DNA from: Nostoc sp.
Lineage (GTDB): Bacteria > Cyanobacteriota > Cyanobacteriia > Cyanobacteriales > Nostocaceae
NCBI GenBank assembly: GCA_036918135.1
Contig: JBALDB010000053.1
Coordinates: 128,001-192,000 of the forward strand
Length of the DNA: 64,000 nt
Direction of reading: 5' to 3'
Shown: piece by piece, positions 9,997-20,563 of the stretch
How the letters are laid out: each line of letters opens with the position of its first letter
Numbering within the stretch: the first letter of the stretch is position 1
Program-made: the position numbers and the translations under genes
Notes under the pieces: generated by a model
Seen by the model: only the letters and a program-made list of their open reading frames with translations
What the model was told of the DNA's origin: nothing
Database searches by the model: none

Positions 9997-11253
9997 ATGG
10001 CGCTAGCAGAGCTTAATCAAACTCTTGACTCTCCCCAATCATCAGACAACTGGGGATACAAATATGATTTGGTAATTGTTGGGGGTGGAATTGTTGGGCT
10101 GACTCTAGCCTCCGCCTTAAAAGATTCTGGCTTGAGTGTGTTGCTGATTGAGGCGAAAGTGGCATCAGCGGCGGTAGCCAAAGGTCAAGCCTATGCAGTT
10201 CACATGCTTTCGTCGCTAATTTACCAAGGAATTGGCGTTTGGGAGAAAATGTTGCCTGAAATTGCCAAATATTATCGAGTTCGCCTTTCTGATGCCGATT
10301 ATCCGGGTGTGGTAGAATTTGCCACCGATGATATAGGTACACCAGAGTTAGGTTATGTAGCGGAACATCAAGCGCTGTTACAGCCGTTGCAGGAGTTTGT
10401 CCAAAATTGTGCAAATGTGACTTATTTGTGTCCGGCTGAGGTGATAAATACGCACTACCAACGCGACACTGTAGCAATAGAGATAAAAGTTGCCGATCGC
10501 TTACAAACAGTCAAGAGTAAATTACTCGTAGCCGCAGATGGATCGCGATCGCCGATTCGTCAAGCTGCTGGTATCAAAACCTCTGGGTGGAAATATTGGC
10601 AGTCTTGTATCGTCGCATTTGTGAAACCCGAAAAACCCCACAATAATACTGCTTACGAAAGATTTTGGTCTAGCGGCCCCTTTGCGATTTTACCTTTACC
10701 AGGGAATCGTTGCCGGATTGTCTGGACAGCCCCTCACGAAGAAGCAAAAGCTTTATGTGCTTTAGATAACGAGCAATTTTTAAAAGAATTAACCCGTCGT
10801 TATGGCAATCACATGGGTAAATTGGAACTACTAGGCGATCGCTTTATTTTTCAGGTACAACTGATGCAAAGCGATCGCTATGTGCTTCCCCGACTAGCAT
10901 TGATTGGTGACGCTGCACACAACTGTCATCCCGTCGGCGGACAAGGTTTAAATTTAGGTATTCGGGATGCAGCAGCTTTGGCCCAAGTGCTAGAAGTAGC
11001 ACACAAGGCGGGTAAAGATATTGGCGAGATTCAAATTCTCAAACGTTACGAACGCTGGCGCAAACTCGAAAACCTGACGATTTTGGGTTTTACCGATTTG
11101 TTAGATCGGATGTTTTCTAATAATTTCTTACCTGTGGTGTTGGTTCGTCGTCTGGGTTTATGGTTATTGCAGCGAATACCTATATTAAAAGTATTTACGC
11201 TCAAGTTGATGATCGGTTTGAAGGGGCGGACTCCAGAATTGGCAAAACGCTGA
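9997..11253 (+). CDS. UbiH/UbiF-family FAD-dependent hydroxylase
   Basis: GGGIVG, AADG, GDAAH.CHPVGGQGLNLG. Confidence 0.92.
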   Translation: MALAELNQTLDSPQSSDNWGYKYDLVIVGGGIVGLTLASALKDSGLSVLLIEAKVASAAVAKGQAYAVHMLSSLIYQGIGVWEKMLPEIAKYYRVRLSDADYPGVVEFATDDIGTPELGYVAEHQALLQPLQEFVQNCANVTYLCPAEVINTHYQRDTVAIEIKVADRLQTVKSKLLVAADGSRSPIRQAAGIKTSGWKYWQSCIVAFVKPEKPHNNTAYERFWSSGPFAILPLPGNRCRIVWTAPHEEAKALCALDNEQFLKELTRRYGNHMGKLELLGDRFIFQVQLMQSDRYVLPRLALIGDAAHNCHPVGGQGLNLGIRDAAALAQVLEVAHKAGKDIGEIQILKRYERWRKLENLTILGFTDLLDRMFSNNFLPVVLVRRLGLWLLQRIPILKVFTLKLMIGLKGRTPELAKR

Positions 11254-11376
11254 CGAATGACATCATGTCCGGTTGAAGACTTATTATTAAAGCTGACGCG
11301 GGGACACACCAGACACGAAGAGTTTTTTTGACAAGTGATTAGGGGGATATGATATGACAAATGAGTCTGTAGCATT

Positions 11377-13527
11377 TCACATATTCCAAGTTTCGTGCCA
11401 CAGTTGTTTGATTTTTTGAATTGTCTCTCGTGTTTTTATTACCGTCCAACCATCTTTAATAGCTTGTTTCTCTCTATCAGTTAATTTCCAAGATAAAGGT
11501 GGTTGATAGCGGCCATTTTTATAAAATGCGGCTATATCAGAAGAGGAGGGGAAGAAGATAGGAAAGTATTGGATATCTACCTTATTCTGCCATTTTGCTG
11601 CCAGAAATTCAGCTTCCTGAGCATTTCGAGATGCCAAAACTGAATCACGTACCTTGAAAACTGCCAGTAATGGGCCGATAGTTGCCATAAACCAGCCTCC
11701 ATCTCCCCGCACTTTTTCCGTTGAAGGAGATTCCGGAAAAGGATTTATTTGCAATATCAAAACTCGTTTGATATTTAAACTATTATGAGGTTGGTTTTCA
11801 GATTTATTCTCAGATTTTAGCCATTCATTCAAGTGTTCATCTAGCCATTCTGCTGCTGTGATAAAGCCAGAGTTATCGAAATAGCCTCCATCAGCAACGT
11901 GATAATTTTTATCTTTGATATTTATATTGCTACGACAAATAGGAGAAACATAGGGAAAAGTTGCCGATAGTCTTGCAGCCGTGACAACATTCATATCATA
12001 ACCATGTTTTCCATAAAGACTATTGAAGTCTATATACTTTTTCTCAGGAACTTCGCCAAATGTCATCGGAGTAATTAAAAACCGCCAGCCATTTTCTACT
12101 AATGTGGCATTGAATACAGGAATAGGAATTTTGCCATCAAAAATCTGTTTTCGCCAGCTTGCCAAGGTTTTACTATTTCGCGGTTCCTTCAGTTCCGCTT
12201 GCCAGTCTATCTCAACCGCTGTACCGCGATCGAACTCTGGACGAATTAGGAAGGGAAACCCGATAAATCGCCATAAGTCTAAATAAGCCAAACCCCAACC
12301 AACAGCATCTAAACTATCTCTGGTAGCAGCACTAAAACTATTATTGGTAGTTCCCTCTTTTGTCTGTTTTTCCTCTTCTAAAAAACCATGTTCGTTAAAG
12401 CGATCTAAGTAGTACATCGACCCTACTGAACCACCAGAAACAGAACTAATCAAGCCAATTGCTTTGGTAAATGATTTTCCTAATTCTTCTTGAAGACCAG
12501 CTAAAACTTCCACTGTCCATCCTGCTGCTTGAATACCACCACCACTGGCACAAATAATGACTAAAGTGTTTTCTCCTTGTTGATGTTTAAGACGTTGAGT
12601 TAGCACTTGTTTGAAATTATCTGACTTTTCATCAAATTTCTTTTTATCTGCACTATTTTTCAACGGGTTAAGTTGATAAAAGTGATTGATATCAAATGCT
12701 AAATAGCTTAAAGCAGAGAAAACAGTAAATAAAATTAATACAGGAATCCGAAAGTAATCAAGATAGAATGTGACTCCTCCGAAGATAATTACTATCATGG
12801 AGGCAATGAGTAGCACATATAAAAGAGCAGGTGCTTCGGGTCGATTAGATTGTGGTCTAGGATTAAAACGCAAACCAATTGTAATATAGATGGCTCCTCC
12901 AATTATTAAATAAGCAATTGCTGTTAAATGTCCAGCAGTCAATTCACCAGTTTGAAGATTAATATAGCCACCTAAATCATTTTTGATAACTAAATAAAGA
13001 ATATCAAAAAACATCTTTTTTAAAAAAGTATTGGAATTAAACCAATGTCTAAGCAAACTAACAATAAATAATAAAATAATGCTTAATAATACACCGACAG
13101 ATGCTCCCCACTGTATCTCTGATTTACTCAGCTTCTCCTGAGACAGGTTAATTGCAACGATGCAAATATATAAGCTTAATAAAATACCGATCCCATATTG
13201 CCAAAGTTCAGGAATTTTAATTGTTGCTGGCACAGTAAAGCGAGCTGCTGCGTTATCCAAAATAGTAGATGCAACTAAAATTACTGAAGTTCCAGCTCCA
13301 ATTGCGCTCACAATTACAGTTGCTAATTGCCACTTGTCACGAAGTACAAATAGATTTTTCAATAGGGCTGGTAACCAATCTTTGGCAAGTTTAGGAAAAA
13401 ATAAAAGGAATAAGCCTACCAATATAGGTAGGCGAAGGAAGAAAAGATATTTCCAAACACTATCTGAATTTACTAGCCAGGTTGATATAAGTACTAGCAA
13501 TGGTAACAACGAAATTGCTTTTTTCAT
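11377..13527 (-). CDS. membrane-anchored patatin-like phospholipase
   Basis: N-terminal multi-TM region; SGGGIQAA, SVSGGS and DGG motifs. Confidence 0.85.
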   Translation of the reverse strand: MKKAISLLPLLVLISTWLVNSDSVWKYLFFLRLPILVGLFLLFFPKLAKDWLPALLKNLFVLRDKWQLATVIVSAIGAGTSVILVASTILDNAAARFTVPATIKIPELWQYGIGILLSLYICIVAINLSQEKLSKSEIQWGASVGVLLSIILLFIVSLLRHWFNSNTFLKKMFFDILYLVIKNDLGGYINLQTGELTAGHLTAIAYLIIGGAIYITIGLRFNPRPQSNRPEAPALLYVLLIASMIVIIFGGVTFYLDYFRIPVLILFTVFSALSYLAFDINHFYQLNPLKNSADKKKFDEKSDNFKQVLTQRLKHQQGENTLVIICASGGGIQAAGWTVEVLAGLQEELGKSFTKAIGLISSVSGGSVGSMYYLDRFNEHGFLEEEKQTKEGTTNNSFSAATRDSLDAVGWGLAYLDLWRFIGFPFLIRPEFDRGTAVEIDWQAELKEPRNSKTLASWRKQIFDGKIPIPVFNATLVENGWRFLITPMTFGEVPEKKYIDFNSLYGKHGYDMNVVTAARLSATFPYVSPICRSNINIKDKNYHVADGGYFDNSGFITAAEWLDEHLNEWLKSENKSENQPHNSLNIKRVLILQINPFPESPSTEKVRGDGGWFMATIGPLLAVFKVRDSVLASRNAQEAEFLAAKWQNKVDIQYFPIFFPSSSDIAAFYKNGRYQPPLSWKLTDREKQAIKDGWTVIKTRETIQKIKQLWHETWNM

Positions 13528-13992
13528 ATTTGTATTTTCTGATTAGATGTTTGAACTAATACGATGGAGTTGTATATTAACTTCAAGAAGAAAGAAACTT
13601 AAAAAATAAATTAGTTAATTTCTGGACTTGACTATGACTTTTCCTTCCCCTGCTCTGCTACTCTGACGATGCGATATTTTCTTATTTGAAAGTCCTTAAT
13701 CTTTAGTCATTATCAAACTTATACCTCAACTGCATCGCTGTGTTGGTGAGAAAAAGTAAGTAATTACTATAAAAAAATGTAACTTTTTATGTAATACTCT
13801 GATAAATGCATCAGATGTCGCACAGTTGCCACAATACGTAATAATATGTGCCAAATAGTACTATTAGCCGTATGGTTGAATATTAGTATTTTTCTACATA
13901 AAATTAAAAATCTAAAATTAAAAATAGGTAACACTGGTGGCTAGGAGTGCTAAAGTTTCAAGAAATTCATCGGAAATTTTCAGCGAGTATTC

Positions 13993-16188
13993 ATGCTGAA
14001 GAAACTACAAAAAAAGCAAATTTCAATAATTGCGGCTGCGGCACTGTTTGCCTTTTCAGCTGGGGCAATGGTATCGGCGCCTGAGATTGGCAAATCTCTA
14101 GGACAATGGCTCAAATTCGGTAGAAATCAGGTAGAGCAAACATCTGAGGCTGGCGTTGCTCAATCAGCGGTCTTTCCACTGATCTCACAATCTCTGCCAG
14201 AACGGGCGGCGAAACTAACAACGATCGCCCAACAGTCGCAATCGCCAGACAGGAATCGCGCTCGTTATCTTTTGGCAAGTGATTACATTGAAAGAACTCA
14301 AGGAAAAAAAGCCCTGGTTCTACTGCAAGGATTAGAAAAAGACTATCCTATTCTGGCGCCTTACATTTTGCTAAAACAAGCCCAGGCAGAAGACATGCTG
14401 GGTGAGGACGGCAAAGCCTCGGATCTCAGGCGAAAAGTTCTAAAAATTTATCCCAAAGAAGCAGCCGCAGTCAAAGCCTTATATCTAATTGCCCAACCAA
14501 AGGAACAGGAAACCGCCATCGCTCAATTTCCTTCCCATCCTCTAACTTGGGAAATTATCCGCCAACGCTTGCAACAAAATCCCAATCAGCCAAAATTACA
14601 GTTGATTTTGGCAAAATACGCTTACGACCAACCAGGCATAGTGGGGGTTTTGGATCAATTAGTCAAACAACCTACCCTCAAACCCGAAGACTGGGAACTC
14701 ATTGGTACAGCTTATTGGGAAAATAATCAATTTCTCAAAGCTGCGAATGCTTATGCCAAAGCACCCAAAACAGCCCGCAACCTCTACCGCACCGCACGGG
14801 GATTACAGGTAGGAGGCAAAGATAAAGAAAAAGCGATCGCCACCTACAAACAACTAGTGCAGCAATTTTCAAATACAGAGGAAACTGGAAATGCACTACT
14901 GCGACTAGCAGAAACGGCAAAAACTCCTAAAGACGGCTTACCCTATCTTGACCTGGTAATTAGTAAATTTCCAGAACAAGCTAGTACTGCACTGGTACAA
15001 AAAGCCAAAACTTTTCAAGCACTCAAGGATCAAAAGTCAGCTAGCTCAGCTTGGCAACTACTCTTAGGCAAGTACGGTAATTCTGACGAAGCCGCAGAGT
15101 ATCGCTGGAAAATCGCCCAAGATAAAGCAAAGGCCAAAGATTACATCAATGCATGGCAATGGGCAGAACCAATTGTCACCAATAACCCCAACAGTATTTT
15201 GGCTCCCAGAGCAGGCTTTTGGGTAGGTAAATGGGCAGCTTCACTTGGGAAGCAGCAGGAGTCTCAAACTGCTTATCAATATGTGATTAGCCAGTTTCCC
15301 TACTCTTACTATGCATGGCGATCGGCAACGATGTTAGGGTTGAATGTCGGCAACTTTGACAACGTGCGCTCAATGAACCCAGAAGTTATCGCACCTCAAC
15401 GTCCATTACCTCCTGCAGGTTCGGAGACTTTCAAAGAATTGTATCTGTTGGGGCAAGACCGCGATGCTTGGTTGCAATGGGAAACAGAATTTCAAAACAA
15501 ACTTCAGCCAACCGTAGCAGAGCAATTTACTGAAGGATTGATGCAACTGGCAAGGGGAGAGAATCTGATCGGAATTGACAAAATTTCTAAATTGGAAGAC
15601 CGGGAAATACCAGCTGAACTTGCCCAATATCAAACTTTGAGCAAACAAATCTCTTATTGGCAAGCCCGTTATCCATTTCCCTATCTGCGAGAGATTGAAA
15701 AGTGGTCTACTGAGCGTCAACTCAATCCCCTGTTAGTTACTGCCTTAATCCGTCAAGAGTCCAGGTTTCAACCAAAAATTAAATCTGTTGCCAATGCTAC
15801 TGGCTTAATGCAGCTATTGCCGAGTACAGCTCAATGGATCGCCCCACAAATCAAGGTGGATAGCAAAACAATAAACTTAGAAAATCCCAATGATAACATC
15901 ATGCTGGGTACATGGTATTTGGATCATACCCATCAGCAATATAACAATAATTCTTTGCTAGCGATCGCCAGTTACAACGCTGGGCCTGGTAATGTCTCCA
16001 AATGGCTGCAAACTTATACTACACAAGACCCAGATGAGTTTGTCGAAGAAATTCCCTTTGATGAAACCAAAAATTACGTGCGTCAAGTATTTGGCAATTA
16101 CTGGAATTATCTAAGACTTTACAACCCTGAGATTTCTGGCATCGTGGCAAAGTACTCGACTACACATCCACAACTGCCAACACAGTGA
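13993..16188 (+). CDS. soluble lytic murein transglycosylase (TPR + SLT)
   Basis: RQESRF, GLMQ, SYNAGPG, IPFDETKNYV. Confidence 0.93.
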   Translation: MLKKLQKKQISIIAAAALFAFSAGAMVSAPEIGKSLGQWLKFGRNQVEQTSEAGVAQSAVFPLISQSLPERAAKLTTIAQQSQSPDRNRARYLLASDYIERTQGKKALVLLQGLEKDYPILAPYILLKQAQAEDMLGEDGKASDLRRKVLKIYPKEAAAVKALYLIAQPKEQETAIAQFPSHPLTWEIIRQRLQQNPNQPKLQLILAKYAYDQPGIVGVLDQLVKQPTLKPEDWELIGTAYWENNQFLKAANAYAKAPKTARNLYRTARGLQVGGKDKEKAIATYKQLVQQFSNTEETGNALLRLAETAKTPKDGLPYLDLVISKFPEQASTALVQKAKTFQALKDQKSASSAWQLLLGKYGNSDEAAEYRWKIAQDKAKAKDYINAWQWAEPIVTNNPNSILAPRAGFWVGKWAASLGKQQESQTAYQYVISQFPYSYYAWRSATMLGLNVGNFDNVRSMNPEVIAPQRPLPPAGSETFKELYLLGQDRDAWLQWETEFQNKLQPTVAEQFTEGLMQLARGENLIGIDKISKLEDREIPAELAQYQTLSKQISYWQARYPFPYLREIEKWSTERQLNPLLVTALIRQESRFQPKIKSVANATGLMQLLPSTAQWIAPQIKVDSKTINLENPNDNIMLGTWYLDHTHQQYNNNSLLAIASYNAGPGNVSKWLQTYTTQDPDEFVEEIPFDETKNYVRQVFGNYWNYLRLYNPEISGIVAKYSTTHPQLPTQ

Positions 16189-16328
16189 GATGGGGAGATG
16201 AGGAGGATGTGGTTTGACTTCGCTCGATTTTTGTGTAGTCGAAACTCACCAACTGGGGGATGAGGAGAGAATTTTACCTCACCCACCACTCTATCACCCC
16301 ACCTCCCCACATTCCCAATGCCCAATAT

Positions 16329-16620
16329 TCAATACTCGAATATCTCCGAGGACATTAAGCCGTCAGCTACTTTGGTGACGGCATCAGTCATTGTGACCAT
16401 ACCATCACTGATGGCGATCGCATATTTGTCCTCCTAGCATCTGAACTGCGATTTCTGAATCACACAAGTTCAATCTGTGGGCAACAGCCGCCGCTGCACT
16501 GCTACTACTGCCAGATGCTAAGGTGTAACCTGCTCCTGTTTCCCAAATCTCTATTTGAATATTTTGGCGGTCGAGAACTTTCATAAACTGAACGTTTGTA
16601 CGTTTGGGAAAGTATGGATA
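16329..16620 (-). pseudogene. dapF: C-terminal fragment of a diaminopimelate epimerase-like gene, frameshifted
   Basis: Hand translation FPKRTNVQFMKVLDRQNIQIEIWETGAGYTLASGSSSSAAAAVA..MLGG; no N-terminal half; frame shift near 16420. Confidence 0.75.
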
Positions 16621-16763
16621 ATCAATATGTAGTTTTTTGTATTAAAAAAATGGTAAATTCAGTTAGCAACACAAGTGACAATTGAGTAAAAAGAACTAGA
16701 TACTCAAAAGCGATCGCTATATAATCTCTATTACTATGAATTATATTGTAATATTTTTTACTT

Positions 16764-17188
16764 ATGATAAATAATTATGAGTTACTCGCAAAACTATACA
16801 ACGCTTTTAACCCTTTTGAACCTTTACCCGCAGGCGACCCAAAAGATGTAGATTGTCAGGATGTACGGGTAGATGCGGATATTTTGGAAGAGTTAGGAAA
16901 TCGGATGCAATTGGCAGATACGAATACTTGTCAGCCCTATTAAATCTAGGACGTTATGAAGAAGCGATCGCATCCTACGACCAAGCACTGAAATTTAAAC
17001 CTGATGACCACGAAGCCTGGTACAATAAGGCTTGCTGTTATGCTTCACAGAACAATGTCGAGTTAGCGATTGAAAATCTACAGCAGGCTATCAACATAAA
17101 TTCTGGCGAATATCGAGAGATGGCAAAAACTGACTCAGACTTTGATGGTATTCGGGAAGATGAACGCTTTCAAGCATTGATTCAATAA
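16764..17188 (+). pseudogene. deletion scar joining an ATPase N-terminus to a TPR-protein C-terminus
   Basis: 16764-16943 reads LYNAFNPFEPLPAGDP..VDCQDVR..DILEELG..TCQ; from ~16934 another frame gives ALLNLGRYEEAIASYDQAL..AWYNKACCYA..DSDFD. Confidence 0.7.
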
Positions 17189-17629
17189 CTGCTATAAAGA
17201 CTAAATTAATATAGCGATCGCTAAAAATGCAAAAGCTTTGTTGCACAAGCAGAATAAGCCAAAGCTCAAGAATCCGTTAAAATAGCCGATGAAGTGAGAA
17301 AGTCGAACATAACAAACGCCTATTAATTATTCCTTCATCACAAGAAGTTGTGGTCTTCATCTTTAGTTCAAGAGAGCAAGAGCAAAAATACAGTTTCTTT
17401 ATGTAGAAGATGTTATCTCACGAAGATTTTATAATTGCTTTCAAAATTCAGATATTAACTTCATTTTTATATCAGTATAAATAACTTTTTTTAGCTGATA
17501 TCTGTTTAAAAAGTTACTCAAATATTAATTTGAGGAGCGGACATAAATCTAGTGATTATGCCCTGTTATTTCGTGGCGAGTAAATCACATAATTCGTCTA
17601 GAACAAAGAAAAAACAGGAACTAAAAATC

Positions 17630-18382
17630 ATGTCTTTAAAGAAAATTGCTTGTATTGCTGCTCTCTCCACAATCGCTTCTATTAGTTATGCTGGTTCGGC
17701 ACATGCTTTAGGGTTGACATATCATGCTGGGTCTTACCGCGATAATACAAAAGTAAATGAAGGCGTTTTTTCTCAGAATGTTAATAAAGCAGGTTATACA
17801 ACCTTTGATTTTAATGATGGTAAAGTACCAGGCAATGACTTAGTGAAATATTCTTTTTCTAAAGGTAGCTATTCTACGACAGCTTATTCTGGTCAAACTG
17901 GTATTTACTCCGACGTTTGGGCACCTTCTGGCGCTAACGCAGAAGTCAACAAAACTGATTATTTAGCAGTTTTCTCTGATAGCGATACCATCATTGAAGC
18001 TCAGGGTAATAATACTTTTAGTTATTTCGGTTTTGATGCGGGCGCTCTCAGCGGAGGTAATACTTTGAAATTCTTCAACGGAACCACTTTAATAAAAGAG
18101 TTAACGTATAGCATGATGGATGCAGTAGCTACTGTTGGAGCATCCCAACATGGTGGTCAAAAGAATGGTTTCTTTGAGTTTTTCTCAGAAGGTAAGGATG
18201 ATACCTTTAATAAAATTGTAATTTCTCAGACAGAAGGTGGCGGATTTGAAAGTGACAACCATACATTTCGGATTGAAAGTGTGCCTGAACCCAGTGTTAC
18301 TTTAGGTATGCTAGCTGTAGGTGGGTTATTTATACGCAAACGTAAAAACCAGAAATTGCAACCCGCAAAAGAATCTGCTTAA
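17630..18382 (+). CDS. PEP-CTERM surface protein
   Basis: Signal peptide (AHA); FESDNH; VPEP followed by TM helix and RKRK. Confidence 0.92.
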   Translation: MSLKKIACIAALSTIASISYAGSAHALGLTYHAGSYRDNTKVNEGVFSQNVNKAGYTTFDFNDGKVPGNDLVKYSFSKGSYSTTAYSGQTGIYSDVWAPSGANAEVNKTDYLAVFSDSDTIIEAQGNNTFSYFGFDAGALSGGNTLKFFNGTTLIKELTYSMMDAVATVGASQHGGQKNGFFEFFSEGKDDTFNKIVISQTEGGGFESDNHTFRIESVPEPSVTLGMLAVGGLFIRKRKNQKLQPAKESA

Positions 18383-18437
18383 ACAAAAGTTTAGGTTGGC
18401 TGATTTAATAAAATTTTGTCTAAAACCGTTGTCATAT

Positions 18438-18468
18438 AAAGCGAAGGATTTTCAAAATCCTTCGCTTT
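18438..18468. terminator. bidirectional terminator-like palindrome
   Basis: AAAGCGAAGGATTTT-C-AAAATCCTTCGCTTT between convergent genes. Confidence 0.7.
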
Positions 18469-18485
18469 GCTTTGATGGAAGTGTA

Positions 18486-19505
18486 TTATCGCCGATATTC
18501 ATCACCACAATCGCCGATTAGCTGATACAAATCTCGTGATTGACGAGAGACAGCATTAATGCGATCGCCATCGTCTGCGTCTAAACTAAAATTAAAGACT
18601 TTGGCATTATCTTCTAAATGTTCGGATACCCCAAGTCTTGCGCCAACTATTACACCTCCAACAGTTGGGCGATCTAAAATATAACGCACTGCCACGTTGG
18701 CAATGCTTACACCATGCTTATTTGCGATTTCTTTAAGAATAGCAAGCAACTCTTGAAATAATTGCCAACTACCCCAAGCATCAATCATATTTTTGTATTT
18801 TTTCAAACTAGCAGTAGCTAAATCAAATCCTCGTGGTTCTGGTTTACCCAAATAGTTTTCTGATAACAAACCACCGCAAACTGTACCGTAAGTAAAAAGT
18901 TTGATGTCATGCTGTTGACAAAATTCAATCATCTTCACTTCCGGACGGCGATCGACTAGTGAAAATTGTACTTGGTTAGAAACAATTTTAATACCTGCTT
19001 CGGTAATAATTTTTAAGTGTTCAGTGTCAAAATTAGTCAACGCTAAATGCTTAATTTTGCCCTCATCTTGAAGTTCTGCCATATATTTGAGGGCATCTAG
19101 ATAATTTTTATCTTGATATTCCCACCAATGGAATTGCATCAAATCTAATGATTGCACATTCATCCTTCTTAGCGAAATATCAATATTTTCCTCAACAAGT
19201 TTTTTGGTCATTTTCCCAGGACGAGGCACCCATTTTGTAAAGGCTTGTACTTGGGATAAAGCATCTTTGCCACGGGTATCAATTAGTTGACAGCGAAATT
19301 CACCAATGAAGTCTTCTGCAGGGCCGTAATGATCTGCTAAATCCCAAGTAGTAAAGCCTGCATCGAAATATTTGAACATACTATCAACGGCAGCTTGGGG
19401 ATTAATACGTCCGTGTGCGCCAGAGACTTGCCACATGCCATTTAATATGCGGCAAATGTTTAAATCAGGGGTGAATTGGAGACGACTAGCTGCGGGTAAG
19501 TTCAT
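18486..19505 (-). CDS. aldo/keto reductase
   Basis: GMWQ, DLADHYG, LDLMQFHWW, SNQVQFS. Confidence 0.92.
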   Translation of the reverse strand: MNLPAASRLQFTPDLNICRILNGMWQVSGAHGRINPQAAVDSMFKYFDAGFTTWDLADHYGPAEDFIGEFRCQLIDTRGKDALSQVQAFTKWVPRPGKMTKKLVEENIDISLRRMNVQSLDLMQFHWWEYQDKNYLDALKYMAELQDEGKIKHLALTNFDTEHLKIITEAGIKIVSNQVQFSLVDRRPEVKMIEFCQQHDIKLFTYGTVCGGLLSENYLGKPEPRGFDLATASLKKYKNMIDAWGSWQLFQELLAILKEIANKHGVSIANVAVRYILDRPTVGGVIVGARLGVSEHLEDNAKVFNFSLDADDGDRINAVSRQSRDLYQLIGDCGDEYRR

Positions 19506-19667
19506 TTTTTAGTTAGGAGTGAGGAGTCAGGAGTAAGAAGAGTTAATAATTCGTGAGTTAACAGAGAAATTGTTACAGCCTTTTGAACTTTTCTACTTTA
19601 TTATGAATGATTTTAGACTGCTCAAGTTAATAAGTGCTAAAGTCTTAACTCTTAACTCCTAACTTTT

Positions 19668-20003
19668 TTAATGCCAGCCTTTTTCAGCTTGTTCGATAAC
19701 ATAAGCAGCAACATCTTGAATTTGCTGTTCGCTAAGGCGATCTTTGTAGGCTGACATATTATTTTTACCATTGGTAACTATCGAGCTAACTGCCTCTATT
19801 GAATCCATACCATATTTCTTCAGCGCTGGCTTTTTGAGATTTTTACCTCGCCTGACTATGTTACCACCATTAATATGACAACCAGCACAATGAATGCTGA
19901 ATATTTGTTCGCCATTAACTATATCTGCTGCATTAGCTTTTAACGTCAAAGTACTTATCAATAATAGAAAAGTTACTAAGACTAATGTTATAAGTTTTTT
20001 CAC
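19668..20003 (-). CDS. cytochrome c6-like protein (c6B/c6C type)
   Basis: Signal peptide, CAGCH heme motif, GKNNM axial Met. Confidence 0.9.
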   Translation of the reverse strand: MKKLITLVLVTFLLLISTLTLKANAADIVNGEQIFSIHCAGCHINGGNIVRRGKNLKKPALKKYGMDSIEAVSSIVTNGKNNMSAYKDRLSEQQIQDVAAYVIEQAEKGWH

Positions 20004-20147
20004 TCAGCTTCTCCATATTTTTCAATACTAGTTACCAAAATAAATGTCAAAAAAAATACAATAAGTTTCCAAAAATTAAGTACACAAACTAAGTCTCAAA
20101 GCTATGACTGAAACTTGTTTTACTTCTCAATTGTGACTTTTGCTAAA

Positions 20148-20372
20148 TTACAGAGATTCAAAGTCAGATGTGAATCCAGTAAATTGTGTACAATCTTCCT
20201 GAAAAGCTTCGGCATCGCTAACATCCTCGATTTTATATGACATAATCCGCGTGCCATCTGGCATTTTTTTGGAACCAATTAATTCACCTTGATATTTTTC
20301 AGCGATCGCTTTAAATTCAGTACCATAGACCTTCCAAGCATCACCAGAACAAGTAATATTCACTCGCCACAT
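20148..20372 (-). CDS. small hypothetical protein
   Basis: ATG ORF with normal composition, co-oriented with the cytochrome gene. Confidence 0.65.
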   Translation of the reverse strand: MWRVNITCSGDAWKVYGTEFKAIAEKYQGELIGSKKMPDGTRIMSYKIEDVSDAEAFQEDCTQFTGFTSDFESL

Positions 20373-20563
20373 ATTTTCTACTCAATTACTACTAGCAAAT
20401 ATTCATCATCTCACAAATAGTCAACATCTCATACATCACTGCTTCGGATTGTTGACTTTCTACCTAAAGGAAGTGCCTAGCCAAATAAGCCTACGCCATA
20501 ATATCTATGTATAACCATCTCTAAAAACTTTTATCCCAATTAGTTAAATCCTCAGAGTTGAAA

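Noticed and set aside
13928..13953. CIRCE-like site GTAACACTG-N8-GAGTGCTAA upstream of slt
   Set aside because: The right arm is perfect, but the left arm is 6/9 and the spacing is 8 rather than 9; probably chance.
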